From Bdellovibrionales bacterium (GTDB taxonomy: Bacteria > Bdellovibrionota > Bdellovibrionia > Bdellovibrionales > UBA1609), in contig JAWLHR010000005.1 in assembly GCA_041690295.1 (NCBI GenBank), forward strand, positions 64,001 through 128,000: a stretch of 64,000 nt of DNA. Reading direction: 5' to 3'. Made by a program: the position numbers and the translations under genes. Within the stretch, counting starts at the first letter, position 1. Each line of letters begins with the position of its first letter. This document shows positions 41,665 through 48,592 of the stretch, one piece after another. Below the pieces are notes generated by a model that was not told where the DNA came from, made no database searches, and saw nothing but the letters and a program-made list of their open reading frames with translations.

Positions 41665-42777
41665 TTAGAAAACAAAATGCCACTGGGATATGAACGCTAC
41701 ATCCGGCGCGTTATTCACGTAAAGAAAGTCATCGCGTTCGTCCTTGTCGCCCAGACCCCAATCTTCCACCAGCATGAAATTAATTTGGCTGCCTTTGCCC
41801 CAGCGCCATCTCACACCGATCGACTCGGAGCCCCGCCACTCGACCAGAGAGTTCCAGCCGGAAGCGATGCGCTCCGCCAAGCGGGCGTCGTGATCCGCAT
41901 GAGTGTATACAAAATCGAGATGTTCACGGCTGAAAAAGGGCGATTCGGCGCGCGCCTGTAAGATCACACCGAAATTGCGGCTGAGCCCGATATCCAGTGA
42001 AATCTCGTACATCTGTAACCAGCGGCGCTGCGGCCACCCATCGAAGGTTTTATTGCGTCCGACCTTGGTGATCGCGGCGGTCATCCATAAGCCGGAGTAG
42101 TGTTTGATGGGCATTCCAAGGTGGGCGAGTCCGCTGAAATCCTGACCGCCTGAACTTAAACCCAAACCGCGCTTTTGCACCGGAAATTTACCTTGAGCGG
42201 AGACCGCGAAGCCGCAATCACAAACTCCGGGCGTGGGGCTTCGCCATTTGAGCGGCCACCACTTCATCTTCACTTTGTAACTCCCCACGCCTTGTCCATA
42301 GCGGGAATCGAGTTGCTCCTCGCCGTTTTTCTTGACCGAAAAGTGATTGTCGAAATCGTCGTTGAGGTGCCGGAGAAAGCGATCACTGCCGATCACCAGG
42401 TGAAATTGATCGATGAATTCATCCATAAAGCCGCCGTTGCGATTGGCGTAGGGAACTTCGAGTCCAAAAGCGAAATCTTTGGTTAAAGCCCAACCCATTT
42501 CAAGAATGGTGGAGCTTTGTTCGAAGTCGGCCTCGTAACCGTAAATATCCCCCGTGCGTTCGTCGATCATCTCGAAGTTCATGTTCCAGATGTTGGCGTG
42601 ATTGAGCTCGAGGTTGAGCCATTGATCTTCGCTCCAGCCGGGCGTTTCCCCAACGGGCGTCAGATGCATCCAGCCCACGGGATGCGCGTTGCGGAAACTG
42701 GTGCGATGGGCATGGGAATTCCAAGCGACAAGGCCGACCAGAACGAAAAAAAGTCCTTTCGCCCAACGAAAAGGCAT
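41665..42777 (-). CDS. Outer-membrane beta-barrel-like protein (DUF3187-like)
   Basis: Signal peptide; GGFMDEFIDQFH; C-terminal Phe. Confidence 0.7.
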   Translation of the reverse strand: MPFRWAKGLFFVLVGLVAWNSHAHRTSFRNAHPVGWMHLTPVGETPGWSEDQWLNLELNHANIWNMNFEMIDERTGDIYGYEADFEQSSTILEMGWALTKDFAFGLEVPYANRNGGFMDEFIDQFHLVIGSDRFLRHLNDDFDNHFSVKKNGEEQLDSRYGQGVGSYKVKMKWWPLKWRSPTPGVCDCGFAVSAQGKFPVQKRGLGLSSGGQDFSGLAHLGMPIKHYSGLWMTAAITKVGRNKTFDGWPQRRWLQMYEISLDIGLSRNFGVILQARAESPFFSREHLDFVYTHADHDARLAERIASGWNSLVEWRGSESIGVRWRWGKGSQINFMLVEDWGLGDKDERDDFLYVNNAPDVAFISQWHFVF

Positions 42778-42806
42778 ATCTATAGAATCGCAAAATTCGA
42801 AATAGC

Positions 42807-43910
42807 TTACAAATCGTCGTAGGAGACTTTGACGATTCTGGACAGCGGTTTGGCCTGGCAGGTGAGGGCTTCGCAGTTCGCGATGTTATCGTCTGTGAGT
42901 ATCCCCGGATCTTTTTGATAGACACGACCTTCTTTGACTTTCGCCATGCACGCCATGCAGGCCCCGTCCATGCACGAGTAAGGGGCTTGATGCCCGGCCT
43001 CAAGTAGAGTTTCCAGAATACTTTGGTCCGCCTTCGCGGGAACCTCGACGGTTTCACCGTTGAGTTCGGCGATGATCTTTTCCGGTGTTCCTTGCTCTTG
43101 GTCCGGACCGATCAGAGTCCAGCTGGAATCCACGGCCGGCGCCGCGGGTTTGTGAACACCCACGGCGAAATCTTCGATGTGAACGCGCTCCGAACTCACG
43201 CTGTTTTTCAGCAAGAATTCCTTGATGGAATTCATAAATTCCGTGGGTCCGCAGAGATAGTAATCGCGCTCCAGACCCGTCGCGCCCGTTTGCGAGAAAA
43301 TCCGCCGCAAAAGATCTTCGTTCAAGCGGCCGCAATTGCCGTTCCAAGAGGAACTTGGGCGCGAAAGCACATGAACCAACTCCAAGCGGGGACTGAACTC
43401 TTTTTCCATCGCCTGGAGTTCCTGTCCGTAGATGATGGAGCTTTCATTGCGATTGCAATAAACAAGTGTCACGCGGTTGGCGGGTCCCGAAGCCAGCACG
43501 GTTTTTAAAATGGAGAATATCGGAGTGATCCCGCTGCCAGCGGCGAAAAGCACGTAGTGAACGCCGGAATCGATCAGCAAAGGTTTAAAGAAATGTCCCG
43601 CCGGCGGTGTCGTGAGAAGGACATCGCCTTCTTTCACGCGCTCGCAAAGGAAAGTTGAACCTCTTCCGCCCTCGACTTTTTTAACCGTCACTTTAAATTC
43701 AGTGTCGGTGAGCGGAGACGTGGAAAGGGAATAGCTGCGGTTCAGCTTTTCACCGTTGATATCCAAAAAGAAACTGACGAACTGGCCGGCTTGATAGCGG
43801 AACTGACTTTTCAGTTCATCGGGAATTTCAAGCACCAAAGAGACCGCCTCAGGAGTTTCCTGTATGCGTTTGATCACCTTAAGCGGCTTCGCCAGCGTGT
43901 CTAAATTCAA
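42807..43910 (-). CDS. FAD/NAD(P)-binding oxidoreductase with C-terminal 2Fe-2S ferredoxin (PaaE-like)
   Basis: RSYSLS, AAGSGITP, YLCGP and YSCMDGACMAC...C; TTG start with GGAGGA RBS. Confidence 0.92.
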   Translation of the reverse strand: MNLDTLAKPLKVIKRIQETPEAVSLVLEIPDELKSQFRYQAGQFVSFFLDINGEKLNRSYSLSTSPLTDTEFKVTVKKVEGGRGSTFLCERVKEGDVLLTTPPAGHFFKPLLIDSGVHYVLFAAGSGITPIFSILKTVLASGPANRVTLVYCNRNESSIIYGQELQAMEKEFSPRLELVHVLSRPSSSWNGNCGRLNEDLLRRIFSQTGATGLERDYYLCGPTEFMNSIKEFLLKNSVSSERVHIEDFAVGVHKPAAPAVDSSWTLIGPDQEQGTPEKIIAELNGETVEVPAKADQSILETLLEAGHQAPYSCMDGACMACMAKVKEGRVYQKDPGILTDDNIANCEALTCQAKPLSRIVKVSYDDL

Positions 43911-44716
43911 TCGCCCATCCTCCATCGCATTTCGCCGATGATTCGCGCCGGTCCGATCAAATGCGGGGCGCCTTTTTTCCATACCACAGTGAGGTCGCCG
44001 CCGGGAACATGCACTTTAAGTGGACGTTCTTCCTGGCCCTTGAGAATGACGGTCGCCGCGGAAACCGCGCCGGTTCCGCAGGCGAGAGTGAAATCCTCGA
44101 CACCTCGTTCAAAGGTCACGCTTTCAATTTCGTGGTTGTGAAGATCGCGAAGGAACGTGACGTTAACGCCTTTGGCCTGAAAACGGGGATGTTGTTTGAC
44201 CGATAAGGCTTTGGCACGAAGCTCGTCGCGATTGTTGATGGAGTCCACGGAAACAACCGCGTGGGGAACTCCGGCATTGACCAAAACGAAATCGGCTCCA
44301 GCTTCAACATCGCCGATGGGTGGAAGATTCACTTCGATTTCGTCTTCCGTGCGCACTTCGGCATGGACCAAGCCGCTCACGGTTTGGAAGCGACAGGTTT
44401 GGACATTGTGGAGTTTGGACCAATAAAGCGCCACCGCCCGAGTGGCGTTCCCGCAGAGTTCGGCCCTACCACCGTCACTGTTATAAAAATCCCAGCGGAA
44501 ATCGGCTTCCTCGTCCGGCTCCAGGAAAACCACACCGTCGGCACCCAAGCCGAAATGCCGATCGCACCAGCGGACCACCAAGTCGGAGCGGGGAGTGGAG
44601 CTAAACTCCTGATCCCAGGTGTTCCGCTGTTCAGGAGTTGTTAAATCGATGATGAGGAAGTCGTTCCCGGCCGCTGTGGCCTTGATTATAGGGGTTACAG
44701 AAAATTTCATCGGCAT
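43907..44716 (-). CDS. dapF: Diaminopimelate epimerase
   Basis: GNDF, GADG, NSDG..AELCGNA, GVPH and ERGVEDFTLACGTG. Confidence 0.95.
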   Translation of the reverse strand: MPMKFSVTPIIKATAAGNDFLIIDLTTPEQRNTWDQEFSSTPRSDLVVRWCDRHFGLGADGVVFLEPDEEADFRWDFYNSDGGRAELCGNATRAVALYWSKLHNVQTCRFQTVSGLVHAEVRTEDEIEVNLPPIGDVEAGADFVLVNAGVPHAVVSVDSINNRDELRAKALSVKQHPRFQAKGVNVTFLRDLHNHEIESVTFERGVEDFTLACGTGAVSAATVILKGQEERPLKVHVPGGDLTVVWKKGAPHLIGPARIIGEMRWRMGD

Positions 44717-44952
44717 GGGCTGAGGTTAGGGGGGATTGGGTGGATTAGCCAAGCGTTTTCGAGCAATAGGGGGTGTTACTCGGCTAGCCAACGTAAGTTA
44801 GTGAATTCTATCGGCATTCATTCGCCTGGCAGCGGGGCTGTCGAAGTTTCGTACTTTTCGAGAATTTTCCCGCCGTGGTGAACTCAAGACTTTTCAGTGA
44901 TTTAGGATAACGCGACCGCTGGCTTGGGTCTTGATATTGTGAGCTATTAGCG

Positions 44953-45234
44953 ATGAATCTGCCTTCTTTACCGGTTGCCGGTTTAATTCTGATCTCGTTT
45001 ATTGTCGGCCTGCGCCTTGGCACCGGTGAACAATTGTCCAGCCTTGACCTCAGCTCGTCAGCACCCTCCGGCGAAATTAATGAACCTGCGAGTGCTTCAC
45101 CGGGTGATTGGTCGGATGAGAGTTTCACGGATGCGAGTCCGGACGCTGAGCGAAAGAGGGTCAACCAAATCATAGATTCGTTGATCGGCAAGGAAGGCGA
45201 AGAGATTCCCGCCGCCGGCCCGGTCAATCGCTAG
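44953..45234 (+). CDS. Small hypothetical membrane-anchored protein
   Basis: Hydrophobic N-terminus and acidic tail; no motif. Confidence 0.4.
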   Translation: MNLPSLPVAGLILISFIVGLRLGTGEQLSSLDLSSSAPSGEINEPASASPGDWSDESFTDASPDAERKRVNQIIDSLIGKEGEEIPAAGPVNR

Positions 45235-45363
45235 CCAGTCATTTTACAAGCCTGAACAAATTTCCCGACATTTCAGAATAATCATTTCAATTTCGCCGAC
45301 TCGATTGGTTAAATCGCCGCGATCGATTATATATTCCAGTCTTCAATGCTCGGGAGAGATCAA

Positions 45364-46575
45364 GTGACATTACGATTGGTGCTTTTATTAGGAACGATTT
45401 CCCTAATTGGTTGTTCCGTCTTTGATGACCTTAAGTCGATGAAAAAAAACATGGGCGAGCTTAAGGGAAAAATGGAATCGGACGTGGGGCATTTAGCGAA
45501 GCGCGCCGACGATCTTGAGCGCGAGATGGCGTTCAAGGAATCCAGCGCCATGTTCAATTACTTCATGGAACTTCTGTTCGGCGAGCGCGATCGTGAGGCG
45601 CGGACCGCGACGGGCATGCCGGAAACAGCGATGTTACTTTATGCCGAGGGCGCGGTGCGGGCGCTTCTCTTTCAATTTTGGAAGGGTGATTACTTCGAGG
45701 CGTTCGAAAATGAACTGGATCAGCGCTTTGAATTGTCCATGGCCATGGTGTTCGCGAGGATCAATGACTACATTCCCCGCGACTTCAACATCTCGCCCCC
45801 AGCGGTTGATTGGTCTGAACTAAAAGTTTATCCGGATCGATCTTATAAGGCGCTGGCATCCTTCGCCGCGCGAATGGATCAGGTTCAACCCACCTATGTG
45901 AAGGCGCTGCAAAGGCACGGCTTGCCGAACCTGTCGATGTACGAAGTCCTGGTTTTGGCTTTGCGCGATCGGGAATTGGTGTCGCAGGTCAGTCCGCTCC
46001 CCCGCACGAAAGCCAAAATTCTCGAATGGAAGAATGAAGCCGTTTATCTGCTGCAGTTGCGCCATAATTATCTGCCGATGATGGTGATGTCGCGCATGAC
46101 GGATTTTAATGATCTGACGAACTTTCAGCGTTGGTGGATGAAATGGACCACCAAGAAAGTGGATTTGAATTCGTACTCTCCCGCGCAACTTCGCGAATGG
46201 ACAGCCTGGTTGAATTCCGCGCGCGAAACCCGCCAGCGCCTGCGTGAGATCGGCATTGAACCGAAGTACAATAAAATTCTTGGCGAAATCTTGCGTTCCA
46301 TCGATTTCGGTCAAGAGAAGATTCTGACCAAGAAGGCTGTGACGGAAGCCGAAAAATTGCAGGTGGACTTCGCCGAGGCGTTTACCGCGATCACTTCGGA
46401 TTTGGAGTCTCAACCCGCGGAATCTTTTCGCGAGCGAATGGCGGGTTGGTTTCTCGGTTGGGGACTCGATCAGCAGCGCTCGCCATCGGAGGATGTGCCC
46501 ATCGTGGCTGAGGATACCGTTGTGAGTCCTTACCTGAATGTTCGTGATCCGAAGATTCGTGAGAAGTTGTTTTAG
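45364..46575 (+). CDS. Hypothetical lipoprotein
   Basis: Lipobox LIGC, then coiled coil and helical body; start estimated. Confidence 0.75.
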   Translation: MTLRLVLLLGTISLIGCSVFDDLKSMKKNMGELKGKMESDVGHLAKRADDLEREMAFKESSAMFNYFMELLFGERDREARTATGMPETAMLLYAEGAVRALLFQFWKGDYFEAFENELDQRFELSMAMVFARINDYIPRDFNISPPAVDWSELKVYPDRSYKALASFAARMDQVQPTYVKALQRHGLPNLSMYEVLVLALRDRELVSQVSPLPRTKAKILEWKNEAVYLLQLRHNYLPMMVMSRMTDFNDLTNFQRWWMKWTTKKVDLNSYSPAQLREWTAWLNSARETRQRLREIGIEPKYNKILGEILRSIDFGQEKILTKKAVTEAEKLQVDFAEAFTAITSDLESQPAESFRERMAGWFLGWGLDQQRSPSEDVPIVAEDTVVSPYLNVRDPKIREKLF

Positions 46576-46596
46576 GTCGCCACTGATTCCCTTTGC

Positions 46597-46837
46597 GGCT
46601 GTTGCGGTAAATGATCTTCGTACCTGGCGCCTCCGACGCTTGCGGAAAAAGCTTCGAATTAAAAAAAATGATTTGATTTGTGATGGGGGCGTTTGCGGAA
46701 TCTCGAGAGAAGTCACATTTCTTCCCGAAGGTTTACCCATGCGCGGGGTGAAAATTGATTGAAGTGCACGGCCTTGCCTGTGAAGGCTGAATTTTTCCTG
46801 AGAGAACTTTGTCAGACTGTGTGCAAAAGCGATACAG
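46597..46837. repeat. Left copy of ~240-bp non-coding direct repeat flanking the HNH gene
   Basis: Aligns with 48194-48436; 46711-46837 vs 48310-48436 differ at only 4 of 127 positions. Confidence 0.95.
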
Positions 46838-46870
46838 AATTTTTACTTTAACACTTCTCGACACGTCCAT

Positions 46871-47986
46871 CTAACTAGATCGTGACTTCAGTCCTTTGCA
46901 TTGGTCTCGCTGATAATTCCTGAATTTATTGTGGGCACTACATAATAAACGAAGATTCTCGAGGTCATTTGAGCCGCCCTTGGCAAATTCGTGAATGTGA
47001 TCGATTTCAAGGCCGTGCCGACTTCCACATTGACGGCCGGTGATTGGATCCACGTAGGTGCATCGAGCATTGGATTTTTGCCAAACTTTCCGTCGGGTTT
47101 GGGCATCGATGTACCTAGACCTTGTTATTTTCGGGTTACTTTTGAGTTGCTTTGCGATTGGAGAATGAATTGGGTCTTCACTGAACTGAACTGATGATTG
47201 ATTCGGGTCTTCGCTTACCTGAGTTGGTGATTGACTCGGGTCTTCACCTAACTGAGCTGGAGAATGACTCGGGTCTTCGCTTAACTGAGTTGGGGGGTTG
47301 CTCGGTCCTTCGTCCAACGTCGTTGTGGATAGATTCTCTAACTTAGCTATGGATCGATTCTGATCATATTCCAATTCAGGTACAGGTTTATTTTTTCTGA
47401 CCTGTTTCAACATATTTTTGGTCATGATTCTGATTAAATTGCCGAGGTCGCCGGAGTAATTTTGGGAAGCTAGCAGGCCTTTAAGTTCATCGAGATCTCG
47501 AAGAAGGTCCTCTTCGGCTTCAAAAGTAAGTTTGACTTTTACCGGTTCGCCAAAAGTTTTCGCGAGTTTTTCGCGTGCGACCTGTTTCGTGCTGCCGCTG
47601 AGTTCGTTAATGATATGCTTTTTTTCCCATGGGGAAAGTGGCGGGAGATCATTTTCGGCGCGCCGCCCATTTTCATTGCGGAATGCGGATTGAGCCAGGG
47701 CTGCGACAGAAAGCGATAACTCACCGGAAGCGATTTGAGACTGGATCTCCGGAACATCGCGCGACAGCCGCATCGCTTGAATTCGAATCTGAGCTTCAGG
47801 TTCTGAGTAGCCGAGACATTCCGTACAGAACGCGAACATCGAGGAATAGCCCCTCGCCAAGTACAGTTTTCGATGTTCCACTTCTCGCAAATATTCCAAG
47901 ATTTGCGCGATCAGTGTTCGTTCTTTTTGTACAAGTTTTTTCAGATCGAAAATCAGTTGTTCGTCGCTGACGTTTCTCGGTTGCAA
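46871..47986 (-). CDS. HNH endonuclease with DUF222-like N-terminal region
   Basis: RGYSSMFAFC...LGYSEPEAQIRIQAMR N-terminus; RCTY..C...LEIDHIHEFAKGGSNDLENLRLLCSAHN; AGAAAGGAGAG RBS before TTG. Confidence 0.9.
   Translation of the reverse strand: MQPRNVSDEQLIFDLKKLVQKERTLIAQILEYLREVEHRKLYLARGYSSMFAFCTECLGYSEPEAQIRIQAMRLSRDVPEIQSQIASGELSLSVAALAQSAFRNENGRRAENDLPPLSPWEKKHIINELSGSTKQVAREKLAKTFGEPVKVKLTFEAEEDLLRDLDELKGLLASQNYSGDLGNLIRIMTKNMLKQVRKNKPVPELEYDQNRSIAKLENLSTTTLDEGPSNPPTQLSEDPSHSPAQLGEDPSQSPTQVSEDPNQSSVQFSEDPIHSPIAKQLKSNPKITRSRYIDAQTRRKVWQKSNARCTYVDPITGRQCGSRHGLEIDHIHEFAKGGSNDLENLRLLCSAHNKFRNYQRDQCKGLKSRSS
47159..47315. repeat. 33-bp tandem repeat (about 4.5 units) in the HNH linker
   Basis: GGGTCTTC at 47172, 47205, 47238 and 47271; encodes QLSEDPSHSPA-type 11-mers. 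Confidence 0.92.
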
Positions 47987-48002
47987 GAACTCTCCTTTCT
48001 CT

Positions 48003-48020
48003 AGTCAATCAAGATTGACT
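48003..48020. promoter_or_regulatory. Perfect palindrome next to the HNH RBS (operator-like)
   Basis: AGTCAATC-AA-GATTGACT. Confidence 0.55.
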
Positions 48021-48193
48021 GTCTAAAGCTCCTTTTCTTTTCGCAATTTAATATTTCGTTTTTGTCGCGTAAATAAAAACAATTTCATTTAGCAATCCGG
48101 AATCCGGACAGAATTGTGAAAAGTTGGGATCGGAAATTTTCGATCTAACGTAAGCATGATTGATGACCTTTGATTGAGTGTTCCGATTCAATG

Positions 48194-48436
48194 GGCTGTT
48201 ACGGTAAATGATCTTTGCACCTCGCTCGCGTCCGCCGATCGCGGAAAAAACTTCGGATTGCAAAAATTGAATTGATTTGTCATGGGGGTGTTTGCGGAAT
48301 CCCGAGGGAAGTCACATTTCTTCCCGAAGGTTTACCCATGCGCGGGGTGAAAATTGATTGAAGTGCACGGTCTTGCTTCCGAAGGCTGAATTTTTCCTGA
48401 GAGAACTTTGTCAGACTGTGTGCAAAAGCGATACAG
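48194..48436. repeat. Right copy of ~240-bp non-coding direct repeat
   Basis: Aligns with 46597-46837. Confidence 0.95.
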
Positions 48437-48463
48437 GGATGATTGGGCACCATACATGTTCGT

Positions 48464-48569
48464 GGCATCGCAAAAGAATTTCGTGAGGTGTGCGTCGCCA
48501 GCCAAAACTTCGTCCAAGGTGTGTTCGGGCTTCAGGCATCGCAAAAGAATTTCGTGAGGTGTGCGTCGC
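48464..48569. repeat. Two identical 35-bp repeats separated by 36 bp
   Basis: GGCATCGCAAAAGAATTTCGTGAGGTGTGCGTCGC at 48464-48498 and 48535-48569. Confidence 0.93.
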
Positions 48570-48592
48570 TGGTCTGCCTTTGGCGATCGGTC

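Noticed and set aside
46538..46762. Short ORFs through the 240-bp repeat (ICDGGVCGISREVTFLPEG on +; MGKPSGRNVTSL on -, ORF 45820-46740)
   Set aside because: The second copy has a frameshift upstream on + and a TGA on -; there is no conserved RBS; the long - ORF is antisense to the lipoprotein gene.
46685..46837. GGGGGCG start resembling the tmRNA 5' end
   Set aside because: No tRNA-like 3' end (T-loop, CCA), too short, and present in two copies.
47309..47318. 10-bp match (CTTCGTCCAA) between the 36-bp spacer and the HNH gene
   Set aside because: Too short to distinguish from chance in 64 kb.
46871..47986. IscB/Cas9/TnpB or group II intron identity for the HNH gene
   Set aside because: No RuvC, PLMP or reverse transcriptase motifs are visible.
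48464..48569. Calling this a bona fide CRISPR array
   Set aside because: Only two repeats, no cas genes in the window, and the spacer partly resembles the repeat; kept as a repeat and a finding only.
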